A stretch of 63,168 nt of DNA, the filler included, from Octopus bimaculoides (taxonomy: Eukaryota), in NCBI RefSeq assembly GCF_001194135.2. It is 5 parts of 5 records of this genome, joined end to end, with 100 filler letters (N's around TTAATTAATTAA, not from the genome) between each part and the next. Parts side by side here need not be neighbours in the genome. Positions count along the whole stretch, not along the records: positions 1 to 17,639 come from NC_068981.1; positions 17,740 to 30,747 come from NC_068993.1; 3 more parts are not named here. One strand, given 5' to 3'. A program made the position numbers and the translations under genes. The notes below the pieces were generated by a model, which did no database searches, was not told the DNA's origin, and worked only from the letters and a program-made list of their open reading frames with translations. Below, in pieces: positions 13,858 through 26,246 of the stretch (its first letter is position 1; each line of letters opens with the position of its first letter).

Positions 13858-14098
13858 TTTTACTTTTACTTTTACTTGTTTCAGTCATTTGACTGCGGCC
13901 ATGCTAGAGCACCGCCTTTAGTCAAGCAAATCAACCCCAGGACTTATTCTTTGGAAGGCTAGTACTTATTCTATCAGTCTATTTTGCCGAACCACTAAGT
14001 TACGGGGACGTAAACACACCAGCATCGGTTGTCAAGCGATGTTAGGGGCACGAACACAGACACACATACATATACACACACATACATATATATGTATG
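13858..14098 (-). mobile_element. SINE family 1, 3' half (5' half lost in gap)
   Basis: Close match to 27608-27850. Confidence 0.9.
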
Positions 14099-14842
14099 NN
14101 NNNNNNNNNNNNNNNNNNNNNNNNNNNNNNNNNNNNNNNNNNNNNNNNNNNNNNNNNNNNNNNNNNNNNNNNNNNNNNNNNNNNNNNNNNNNNNNNNNNN
14201 NNNNNNNNNNNNNNNNNNNNNATATATATAATACAGTATACTAAATATATTATAATATAGGTGGCCTTTTTGCGATTATAACCTAAAGGCAAATTGATAA
14301 ACTAGGGTACAAAAAAGTTCCAGCATTGGTAGAAAATAAGAGTAAAAATAGGACTCGAAGAGCAACAGAAAGCCCTAAATTGATGAGTTGACGAAATAGA
14401 GGAGCGAGAAAGCACCTTACCGTGGTGAGACAAAGTCACAAATGAAGTAACAGATATATCCATCTCACGTGATTTTGAACTCAGGTTGCATTAATCTTAG
14501 TTCTCATCAGTGAAACTTAGTGTGGTCAGGGTTAAAACGTAACTCACCTCCTGCAACTCAGAAAAACAGTAAAAGTAAGCAGACAGATAGACATTCACAC
14601 ACACATACATATACGCTAATCCATTTATTCATCCATCCACCCATCCATCTATCCAACCATGCATATATAGGCACATATTCATTAACGTATATATTCATAA
14701 ATACGTATATATTCATAAATACGTATATATTACATTATACATTCACACACAAACACACACACGCAATCACTCACTCTCACTCTCACACACACATTCAAAC
14801 ACACACACATGCGCGCGCATGCACACATATTGATAGATAAAT

Positions 14843-14898
<56 letters not shown>

Positions 14899-15600
14899 NN
14901 NNNNNNNNNNNNNNNNNNNNNNNNNNNNNNNNNNNNNNNNNNNNNNNNNNNNNNNNNNNNNNNNNNNNNNNNNNNNNNNNNNNNNNNNNNNNNNNNNNNN
15001 NNNNNNNNNNNNNNNNNNNNNNNNNNNNNNNNNNNNNNNNNNNNNNNNNNNNNNNNNNNNNNNNNNNNNNNNNNNNNNNNNNNNNNNNNNNNNNNNNNNN
15101 NNNNNNNNNNNNNNNNNNNNNNNNNNNNNNNNNNNNNNNNNNNNNNNNNNNNNNNNNNNNNNNNNNNNNNNNNNNNNNNNNNNNNNNNNNNNNNNNNNNN
15201 NNNNNNNNNNNNNNNNNNNNNNNNNNNNNNNNNNNNNNNNNNNNNNNNNNNNNNNNNNNNNNNNNNNNNNNNNNNNNNNNNNNNNNNNNNNNNNNNNNNN
15301 NNNNNNNNNNNNNNNNNNNNNNNNNNNNNNNNNNNNNNNNNNNNNNNNNNNNNNNNNNNNNNNNNNNNNNNNNNNNNNNNNNNNNNNNNNNNNNNNNNNN
15401 NNNNNNNNNNNNNNNNNNNNNNNNNNNNNNNNNNNNNNNNNNNNNNNNNNNNNNNNNNNNNNNNNNNNNNNNNNNNNNNNNNNNNNNNNNNNNNNNNNNN
15501 NNNNNNNNNNNNNNNNNNNNNNNNNNNNNNNNNNNNNNNNNNNNNNNNNNNNNNNNNNNNNNNNNNNNNNNNNNNNNNNNNNNNNNNNNNNNNNNNNNNN

Positions 15601-15631
<31 letters not shown>

Positions 15632-17639
15632 ACACATACATAAATTACGTATGTGTGTGTGCATAATTCATCCATACACATACATACATGCATACATACA
15701 TACATACATACATACATACATACATACATACACACATGCATACATACATGCGCATGCGAATACACACAATTTCATAGACAACAAATACTTTTCTAACAAT
15801 AAGTGGAGTCGGAAAACACCGTTGAAGGCAACATCTATGAAACAAAAACGTACGGAAATCAAAATGGGTGGTTTATAAAAACGTAAAGATTAGGGGGTGG
15901 TTATACAAATGAATAGAAAGTTCAGATAACACACATGAGTTTACATATTTTACTCGAAAAGAGGAAGAAAGGATTACAAAAAGGGGACCAAACTATGCAA
16001 ACACATAATAGCAAAAAAAAAAAAATTATAAGAATATTATGTGGAAATACAGAGAAAATACAAGAACATATGGCGAATGTATACACACTGGCACATGCAT
16101 ATATAGAAAAACAGAAGACGAGGTTTTCTCATTTATTTATCTAGTAATTCATGATCTATATTATTCGTGATTGATAGCTGAGTAAATGATAAAGCCTTAT
16201 ATATATTTTTTGTACATGATCGTTGTTTTTTTGGTGTGCTTTACTAATTTCTTGATTATCTAATTATATATATGTCTATGTGTGTGTGTGTGTGTGTGTG
16301 CGTGTGTGTGTATATATATATATATANNNNNNNNNNNNNNNNNNNNNNNNNNNNNNNNNNNNNNNNNNNNNNNNNNNNNNNNNNNNNNNNNNNNNNNNNN
16401 NNNNNNNNNNNNNNNNNNNNNNNNNNNNNNNNNNNNNNNNNNNNNNNNNNNNNNNNNNNNNNNNNNNNNNNNNNNNNNNNNNNNNNNNNNNNNNNNNNNN
16501 NNNNNNNNNNNNNNNNNNNNNNNNNNNNNNNNNNNNNNNNNNNNNNNNNNNNNNNNNNNNNNNNNNNNNNNNNNNNNNNNNNNNNNNNNNNNNNNNNNNN
16601 NNNNNNNNNNNNNNNNNNNNNNNNNNNNNNNNNNNNNNNNNNNNNNNNNNNNNNNNNNNNNNNNNNNNNNNNNNNNNNNNNNNNNNNNNNNNNNNNNNNN
16701 NNNNNNNNNNNNNNNNNNNNNNNNNNNNNNNNNNNNNNNNNNNNNNNNNNNNNNNNNNNNNNNNNNNNNNNNNNNNNNNNNNNNNNNNNNNNNNNNNNNN
16801 NNNNNNNNNNNNNNNNNNNNNNNNNNNNNNNNNNNNNNNNNNNNNNNNNNNNNNNNNNNNNNNNNNNNNNNNNNNNNNNNNNNNNNNNNNNNNNNNNACA
16901 ACAAAAAAAGAATATAATGATAATAGCCACATAAGAGACGGTGTCGGTGGAGGTGATGGTGTTGGTGGTGGTGGTGGTGGTGGTGGTGGCGGCGGCAGCG
17001 GCGGTAATAATAATGAGCTGATATATAGATGATTTAAAGTTGTTAAAGAGAGAAAATAGAAAAAAAGAGACGAAAAAAAAAAATGATAGAATTCTGAATT
17101 TGTCGAGGACAGGAACTTTGAAGCTTCAGGAGAATCATGATACACAGCATGAAAGCCTCTTGCACCCAATTATACGTCACAGTGTCAACTAATTGCAGTC
17201 TTTTGTTAAGTTTACGAGAGAACACAGCAAAAGAGTGAAAGTAAAGTTGGAAAACAAATCTAAAAAAATTAATGAAATTTATATATAAATGAGCGGACTT
17301 TCTATAGAAATTATACTTGCAATGTCTATGAAATATGTATGTATACACCAAATATACGTACACATAAAGATACACACACATAGACACACACACACACACA
17401 CATACTGATACATACCTATGCGAATGTGTGTGTGTGTCTGTATGTTTAGGTGTTTGTCTGTGTGTTTGCGTGTGCGTGAGTATGTATATGTAGATACATA
17501 TTCATACATACATATATACGTATATACATACATGCGTATATACAAATAAACAAATATATATGTACATACATATATGTACATATATATCAACATATATATA
17601 TATATATATACGTATATATACTTACATATACACAGACAC

Positions 17640-17739
17640 NNNNNNNNNNNNNNNNNNNNNNNNNNNNNNNNNNNNNNNNNNNNTTAATTAATTAANNNNN
17701 NNNNNNNNNNNNNNNNNNNNNNNNNNNNNNNNNNNNNNN
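17640..17739. other. Artificial 100-bp contig spacer N44-TTAATTAATTAA-N44 (also 30748-30847, 32709-32808, 48429-48528)
   Basis: Identical layout four times; the linker has stops in all six frames. Confidence 0.95.
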
Positions 17740-18053
17740 CAACGAGAGGAAAAGAGAAAGAGAGGAAATACGAGGGGGAAAAGGAGATACGTAGTAGTAA
17801 CAGAGGAAGAACAAGAGGGGTAAGGCGAGATACGTAGTAGTACAGAGGAAGAACGAGGGGGGGAGAAAGGAAAGAGAAAGAGATAGAATAGCGTCGGAGG
17901 ATAAGTTTACGAAAACTACTTACAATTTTTGTGAGACGCTGCGTTCAATCATGTAAAAACAAATAGTAAATGAGTATATGCATATATACGTACAGGTATG
18001 TGCATACCGACATCCACCTGTATGTATAGGTGCATATCTGGGTACAGGACATT

Positions 18054-18086
<33 letters not shown>

Positions 18087-18091
18087 ATGTA

Positions 18092-19355
18092 TTAGGGTGT
18101 TCCGAAAATAAAGGCCGATTTCAGAAACAATTTTATTCTGGAGAAATTAACAATAGAAATGTTTTGATTAGTCAAAATATGTGCTGTGAACATCTCTGCC
18201 ATCGATCAACAAGATTATTTATGCCTCATTGATAAATACTTATTGGCTTTGATGTTAAGAAATCTTAGAAAGTTGATTCCACCTCTGGTTTGGACCTGAA
18301 AGTTTTATCACTTAAAAACGTGTTTAAATGCTTATAAAATGGTAGTCAGCGGGTGAAAGATCTGGAGAATATGGAGGATGTGGTAATGTCTCGTATCCCA
18401 ATTCTGTGAGTTTCTGCAGTGTCATTCTTGCAACATGTGGCTTTGCATTATCATAGAGCAGAATTAGGCCACGTCGATTCACCAATGCTGGTCTCATTTT
18501 TGGCAAGTGAGCATGCATTTCAACACGTTGCTTGCAGTAAACCTCTGCTGTAATGCTCTGTCTGGCTTCCAGAAAGCTGTAATGGACAACACCAATTGCA
18601 GACCACCAGGCAGTCACCATAATCTTTTGGTGATGCAACTTTGGCTTTGGGAAATATTTGGGGGACTCATCAGGATCAAGCCGTTGACCTGATCGTTTAC
18701 GGTTATCATAAAGGATCCACTTTTCGTCACAAGTGACTATTCGGTCAAGAAAAGTATCATTGGTATTTCGCAGAAAGAGCATCGAACACACTTCAAAACG
18801 CCGACCTTTTTGATTTTCATTGAGCTCATGCAGTACCCATTTATCGAGCTTTTTCATCTTACCAATCTTCTGCAGATTGCATGAGACCCTTGCAATACCG
18901 ACACCAAGTGCCTGAGACGTTTCTCTGAAACTTCGACGTGGGTATTGTTCAACAATTGCTTTCAATTGTTCATTGTCAAGACTGCATGACCGTCCTCTAA
19001 CTTCATTATCTTCATCATCACTCCGAAATTTCTGAAACCACCTTTGTACTGTGCGATCACTTGTAGACCCCTCTCCCGATTCTCTGTTGATATTGGCAGC
19101 AGTTTGGGAGGTATTGTGCCGAAGCTTGAATTCATGCAAGAAAAGTAAGCGAAGGTCCATTTTTGTCATGATCATAATTAAGGGCGCCTATTCTCCAAGA
19201 ATGTTTCCTGTCTGAAATAAGTAGAAAACTATTAAAGAGCATATATCAATAATTAAGTATGTCAAAATTCACCTAAAATATAATTAAAATACTATGGTAA
19301 AATTGCGTTTCAAAACACAACACTTAGAGCAGCCATTATTTTCGGAGCAACCTAA
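18092..19355 (-). mobile_element. Mariner transposon, near full length (1264 bp)
   Basis: Imperfect TIRs TTAGG(G/T)TG(T/C)TCCGAAAATAA, each flanked by TA; internal transposase ORF. Confidence 0.95.
18324..19175 (-). pseudogene. Mariner transposase (283 aa open; C-terminus lost by frameshift or deletion)
   Basis: HTH segment SDRTVQRWFQKFRS, WVLHEL, TCDEKW, YDNAKPH, YSPDLSPADY; the normal C-terminus is out of frame. Confidence 0.9.
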
Positions 19356-19374
19356 TATATATCTATATGTGCGT

Positions 19375-19752
19375 GCCTGTGTTTGTCCTCCCATCACCGC
19401 CGGACAACCAGTGTTGGTTTGTTTACATCCCCATAACTTAGCTGTTCAGCAAAAGAGACTGAGAGAACAAATACCAAGCTTTAAAAAAAAAGGTCCTGGA
19501 TTGATTCATTTGACTAAAACACTGCAGGGTGGTGGTCCTGCATGGTTGCAGTGAAATGACCGAAGCAAGTAAAAGAATATATAGGCGCAGGAGTGGGTGT
19601 GTGGTAAGTAGCTTGCTTACCAACCATATGGTCGCGGATTCAGTCCTACTGCATGGCACCTTGGGCAAGTGTCTTTTACTATAGCCTCGGATCGACCAAA
19701 GCCTTCTGAGCGGATTTGGAAGACGGAAGCTGAAAGAAGCCCATCATATATA
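19375..19752 (+). mobile_element. SINE family 1: diverged 3' half followed by a younger 5' half (19584-19752)
   Basis: Head GGCGCAGGAGTGG...GGATTCAGTCC with A/B-box-like motifs. Confidence 0.85.
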
Positions 19753-19895
19753 NNNNNNNNNNNNNNNNNNNNNNNNNNNNNNNNNNNNNNNNNNNNNNNN
19801 NNNNNNNNNNNNNNNNNNNNNNNNNNNNNNNNNNNNNNNNNNNNNNNNNNNNNNNTTACATTTGACGGATGTTTGTCCTCATCTTGTTTGTTGTT

Positions 19896-19941
19896 AACAC
19901 AACGTTTCGGCTGATATACCCCTCCAGCCTTCATCAGGTGT
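19896..19941 (-). ncRNA. Minimal type I hammerhead ribozyme motif within a Penelope-type terminal repeat fragment (~19856-19990)
   Basis: Minus strand: GACAC-CTGATGA-A-GGCTG(10 nt)CAGCC-GAAA-CGT-T-GTGTT; core intact, stems I and II paired, palindromic ACGT as stem III. Confidence 0.7.
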
Positions 19942-19992
19942 CTTGGGGAAATTTCGAACCTGGGTTCTCATTCCTAAGGTATTTTTCGATGT

Positions 19993-20027
<35 letters not shown>

Positions 20028-20117
20028 GGTAAACAAAGATTCCTTTAAAATAATCTGAACTTAATTGTATAATGTCTCATATACGCGTGCGCTCGACATA
20101 CGTACGCGCGCGCGCGC

Positions 20118-20345
20118 GGCCTTGAGGCTAGAGTGTTGCACTCACAATCGCAAGATCGTGGTTTCGATTCTCGCACCGGGTGGTGTGTTGTTTTCTTGAG
20201 CAAAACACTTTCCTACATTGCTCTGTAATCACTTCGACATCTGACGTGTAGCTCTTGTGCAACAGCATGCATCTGTACAAGCGATACCCTTTGACAGAGG
20301 GAACGAGCCAATGTACAGCACAAATATTTGATCACAAAAACAAAT
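20118..20345 (+). mobile_element. SINE family 3 (tRNA head + gtgttgt..ttgagcaa.acact domain)
   Basis: B box GGTTTCGATTC; shares head and core with 37335-37450 and 55840-56172. Confidence 0.75.
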
Positions 20346-22859
20346 TGTGTCTGTAAGAAATTGCAGAACTCACATCTGTCGTTTACGACAGGTAAGTCCA
20401 TTGAGTGTGTGTGTGTGTGTGTAAGGTCTGTGAGGTCTCTCGTGAATGCTACTGATAACATATCATCTAGTACAACCTGTTGCATGGTCGGGTCGTCAGC
20501 GACTAAACCGGTACACCCCATCAGACTAACTTTTGCGTTGAGGGTTGCTAGAAACCCAACAGGACTAAAAGCAAGATCGGTCAAAAGGGCAGATGTATCA
20601 AGTATAGATAAAGCGACAGTCTGGCAATAGCACGGGCCCTCAAAAATTCCAGGCGTGCTGGAAGACCACTGAGAGTGAGGCACCTCTCAGATTTTGTTAA
20701 AGCATGTCTCTAGGAGAAGGTCAGTCTGATATAAAACCGGATATGCAGGGAATGGCATTGGACATTTTGTAAATCTTTTGCTTGTGCTTGGTATCATGGT
20801 GTTTCCACATTCCTCATCCTGCAACCCATATTGGCACTCGATATTTTGCCGAGGCTTGTCTAAGGGTCATGTCCATTGGGTGGAGAGGGTCTATGATGTA
20901 CTGCGCAAGATTTACCAAGAATTTTGCACAGGCATTGCTTTGTCAGTGATGGTTATACTCGTCTACGAGTTGACAGCCATCATGTATGTATGCATGTATG
21001 TATGTATGTATATATTTGTCTGTTTTTAATTATTTAGATTCTTCCTTTGAAGAAGGAGCTAATTTCTAAGAAAGATACAAAGTTCAGTCGTTAGAATGTG
21101 GATAATGAAAGCAATGTCATATTTTCAACTTGAGAAAAGTCTTGGAGAGTCTTACTGTTCCGCTTACAGATTGCATTTGTAATCTGCAGGTCAGTTGATT
21201 TCTTTTTTTGAAAATCCAAGCTTATCTAGACTGACGGTTAGGCATTTACTTAGAAAACCAAGTGCACCTATTAGCATTGGTATAAATATAAATTATGGAT
21301 ATGCAAATCTGGATATAGATGCTGGAGGTTTATATGTATGTATGTATGTATGCATGCATGTATATATATACGTCCGCATGCATGTATGTGTGCATGTATA
21401 CATGTTGAATGTATGTGTGCGTGCGCGTTTCTATAGTTAGACCAGTACCATACTCTCATGCTAGAGTGTAGAAATTTGGAATCAGTGGCCTGTACTTCAT
21501 GTTTAAATGCAACTCATATAAAAATATTCAAATGTATTCAATCTATACTTAGCGTTTTAATTAATAAAAGAATATCGATGTCCAAATTCCTGTTTGTTTT
21601 TATTTAATTTGTTTTTTGTTTTTTTATATGTGTGTTGAAATAATTCAATAACTAAATCTGGATAAGGTAGTCTTTAATCAAGTCATAAATAAGCATTATA
21701 CTGTTGTTTTCATTCATTATTGACTTCATTAAAGGCAACAAGCAGGCAGACTCGTTAGTGCGTCGGGAAAATTGCTTAGCAGCTTTTCTTCCGACTTTAC
21801 ATGCTGAATTCCAATTACACCGGCATCAGCTTTGCTTTTCATCTTTTCGAGCTTGATAACATAAATTCCAGTCAAATACTAGAGACGGTGTAACCGACTA
21901 GCTCCGTCTCCTCAAAATTTCACACCGTTGTCCTGTAGTAGAAAAGGTTATCGATTATATTAGGGCGGTTATCGATTATATTAACAGCAATTATTCCAAC
22001 TTTAGGTTGCGAGTTCAAATTCCACCGAGGTCGATTTTACCTTTCATCCTTTGGGAGTTGATAAAACAAATACCAATCAAATACCCAATCCCCTAAACTC
22101 CTGGCATTGTGTCTATATAATAAAGGATTGTTTTCTACAACACTGGTCTGTTATTGGCTCAATTCCTCTTCTCTTCATAAACGTTATCTTTCTTGTTATC
22201 CTTGAGGTAATTCAACGCGTGTGTAAGTAATTGACGGAACTTAAGAATCGGGTTATGCTTGGGTAATTAAAGAATATCAAACGGAATTGAAAAACCCCAT
22301 TGGGTAGTTAAGTCAAACGAACGCTATGGTCTTTTACTCTGTTACTTGTTCCAACCCATGGGTCGCTGTCATGCTGGTGCATTACTGCTTAGCTTGAGCT
22401 GAGTGGAACATACGCAGATTGTGTCTATAAAAGTATATGAAAAACAAAAAGCAAAGAAAATGTTTATTATTGTTTTATTTTATAATCCTTATGAGTGTAT
22501 CATAGACATAGAACTGTATTACTGATAATCCATTAAAATTTCGAAATTTATCGCTCTCTGTGCGAATTCAATTAACTGCATACTCTGGTTAATTACATAG
22601 ATATAGCTATTGCAGTTACTGGGGCTATGCAATTAAGCGAAATCAACCATGCGCGCACACACACTCATGCACACATGCCTACACATATGCAAGCACGCAC
22701 ACACACACTCACACACATACACACACGCTCACACTCACATGTATGTATGTATGTATTTATCTATCTATCTACCTATGTATGTATGTATGTATCTATCTAT
22801 CTATCTATCTACCTACCTATGTATGTATGTATGTATGTATGTATGTATATATCTATCTA

Positions 22860-22895
<36 letters not shown>

Positions 22896-23041
22896 TTTGA
22901 GTTTGTTTACGGGACACGTTTTGAATATGCGTATAAAAGGCCCTATTTTATTATGCCGGTTACAGCCTAAAGATGTCAACTGGCAATATCAGTTTTCAGG
23001 GTCACACCGAGCTGTGCCGATATAATAATAATAATAATAAT

Positions 23042-23073
<32 letters not shown>

Positions 23074-23074
<1 letters not shown>

Positions 23075-23363
23075 CCATGGATGGAATTTATAAACATTTT
23101 AATTCGTCGCTACGCGCGTTTCCACGAATCACATGTTTCTTAAGATCATAGTCCGAATTCCTGGGTTGATTACAGTACAGTCTGGAATATCCATGGACAT
23201 CTGGTAGATCATGTTTATGCATTCATCTCTTCGGGCGATGTCCATGGATAGTACGGACTGTACTATAATCATCTCAGGAATACGAACTATATCTTAAGAC
23301 ATATGTGATTTGTGAAAATGCGCGTAGTGATGCATTAAAAAATTCAGAAATTCTATCCATAGA
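23074..23363. mobile_element. Foldback/MITE-like element (~125 bp arms)
   Basis: Left arm tccatggatggaattt...tatccatggacatc matches the reverse complement of the right arm at roughly 80% by eye; ~35 bp spacer. Confidence 0.8.
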
Positions 23364-23369
23364 TAATAA

Positions 23370-23422
<53 letters not shown>

Positions 23423-23425
<3 letters not shown>

Positions 23426-25305
23426 TAGTCTTATTTTTATCACGTGCTTTCACCGCATTACCGAGCGCAGCTCTGTGTGCCTTGGGTATGTGCTGTGTTT
23501 TGTTGTGATACTCTTTATTTTCACTGTATTGAAATGTTTTACGTAGGATGTGTGGTTCCTAGTAGTGCTATTTTCTGTTTGTTATGTATACTTGTAAGTC
23601 CTGGTGTTTTTGTTATGCATTTGTTTGAATGTTTTGTTTTTTTTTAATCATAGCTAATGCGCCAACTATGATAGGAATTGTTTCTGTTTTTAGGCTCCAC
23701 GTTCGAGTTACTTTTCTTTCCAGATCTTTGTATTTTGAAAGTTTCTCCGTTTCTTTGATAGAAACATTATCATTTGTTGGTATAGATACTTCGATTACAA
23801 AGCATTTCTTTTCTTGGTGGTTTCTGACAACTATATCCGGCATTTTGGGTTTAATTCCTCTATTTCTGTGCGCTAGCATATCCTAGAGTATGGTTGCTTT
23901 CTCATCTTCTGTGACCTTTTCTGGCGTGTGCCTATTCCATATTTTTTCTGTTGTTATTCCATAGTGTTAGCTTCCAGTGTATATAAATCCCAAATCTGTC
24001 ATGTCTGTGAATATATTCCTTTTTAGTCAGGACTGGGCAGCCAGAGACAATATGATTTATTGTTTCTTCTCCATCTCCACACATTCTGCAGTTATTTGTG
24101 TTTCTTTTCATTGCATGTTTTTTGGTGATTTCTGGTGGAAAGGTTTTGGTCTTGTGCTGCAATAAAAAATCCTTCAGTCTCTGCTTTGAGTCTTGAGCTT
24201 CTCAGCCATTGTGGGGATTTTGCTTTGTTATTTCTTCTCTGTTTTGTTTAACCCAGTATTTACCATGAAGGGGCTTTTCTTGCCATCGTTTTATCATGAT
24301 CCGTTGCTGTTCCAGTTTTAGTTCGGATTTCAGTTTTCTTACAACTTTTGTTGTTTCTTCTTTTTCTTCATAGTTGTCAGATACTATAACTTCTTTTTTT
24401 GCATTTGTCAGCTTCCTTAAAGACTGAAAACAGTTTTTTGTTTTGTTCGTGTTCTGTGGCTATTTGCATTAGTTTTCCTTGCTTCTTAAGAAGGTATTTC
24501 TGTAGTCCTGTGGTGGTTATTTTGTAACAGTTTTCTAGCTGTATAAGGCCTCTACCACCTTCGATACGTTGTATATATAACCTTTCTATGTCAGATTTTG
24601 GGTAGTGCATCCTAAATCCTGTCGTTATTTTTCTTGTTTACCAGTTTGTTTTTACTAGTTGATTTAGAGTCTAGTCAAGGATATTGTACCTGTAACTTAT
24701 AACTGGGACAGGTAGAGTGTTAACACCTATTGTCTTGTTTTACGCATTGAGTTCTGTTTTCAGTATTAATCTGACTCATCTATACTGCTCTTTTTTTATT
24801 TTCTCTTTCAATTGTGTATGATGTATCATATCTAGTTCATTGATTCCTAAGTATTTGTATGTCTGTCTTTGGTCTAACTCTCTTATTTCATTTGCTTTAT
24901 CTAGTGTGATGTTGCTACTCTTAACTAGTTTTCTTCTTTTCAAGGTTTCTTTGGCACATTTTTCTAATTCAAATTTCATGTTTATTATTTTGGTAAATCC
25001 ATGTACTGTCTGTNNNNNNNNNNNNNNNNNNNNNNNNNNNNNNNNNNNNNNNNNNNNNNNNNNNNNNNNNNNNNNNNNNNNNNNNNNNNNNNNNNNNNNN
25101 NNNNNNNNNNNNNNNNNNNNNNNNNNNNNNNNNNNNNNNNNNNNNNNNNNNNNNNNNNNNNNNNNNNNNNNNNNNNNNNNNNNNNNNNNNNNNNNNNNNN
25201 NNNNNNNNNNNNNNNNNNNNNNNNNNNNNNNGGCTGATGGTTTTGCCGTAATAGTTGTATCCACATCCAGTTCTGTTTAGCATGTCAGATAAAGGTGTTA
25301 GTGCC

Positions 25306-25308
<3 letters not shown>
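23423..25308 (-). mobile_element. R4/Dong-like LINE, 5'-truncated (RT, CCHC, REL nuclease, 3' UTR), decayed
   Basis: LALTPLSDMLN (RT), CRMCGDGEETINHIVSGC, HDRFG, PDIVV..IEVSIP, IIVGAL; (TTA)n on both flanks. Confidence 0.92.
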
Positions 25309-25348
<40 letters not shown>

Positions 25349-25895
25349 GAGTGAGAGAGCAGCTCATGCCATCAAAGTGACACTGAGGTAAAATATACGA
25401 AGCCCAGTATACCCATCACAACTACCCGTCTGATAAGGGTACACCAGGCACATGCATCACGACCATATGTGCGTGATGACCTCGCAGGTGGGGCCCAGTT
25501 AGAATTTTTTTCAGATCGAGTAGCTCATCCCGCTCAAAAGGTCCCCGATTAAGGGTTGTTTAAGGATATTAAATGAAACATCCATTTTTCCAGAGCTGAA
25601 TTATTCAAGGCTCAAAGAATTCCTCTCAACACATGGCTATGATGCTCCCCCACTTCTGGTCGTGATCAGAGACGCACATTTCGTCAGCCACCAAGGGTTA
25701 AGGTCAAACTGATTAAGGTCAGCCACCAAGGGTTAAGCTCAACTGGTTAAGGTCAAACAACTGATAAGCAAATCTGTTGTTATGAGCAGAATATTTGCTG
25801 TAGCCTATCTTTTATACGAAGACAAAACATGTACATGATAACACTACCAATCAGTTAAGACCAGAAGCCATGAGAATCAGTGCATGATACTGCAT
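25349..25895 (-). mobile_element. ~550 bp non-coding interspersed repeat embedded in (TAA)n
   Basis: Homologous copies at 33129-33400, 36088-36630 and 60707-60945; no ORF. Confidence 0.85.
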
Positions 25896-26180
25896 TTATT
25901 ATTATTATTATTATTATTGTTATTATTATTATTATCATTATTATTATTGTTATTATTATTATTATTAGTAGTAGTAGTAGTAGTATTATATACATGTAGG
26001 TATATACTCATATTTACATACGTGTTTGCATAAATACACACATATATATGTACATTATATATATCCGTACCTACATACATATATATTATTACATACACGC
26101 GCGCGCGCACATACACACACACATGTACAGAGAGATGGTGCTTGTATCCGATGAAAGTATTGTATATACATTCTATTTTC

Positions 26181-26246
<66 letters not shown>

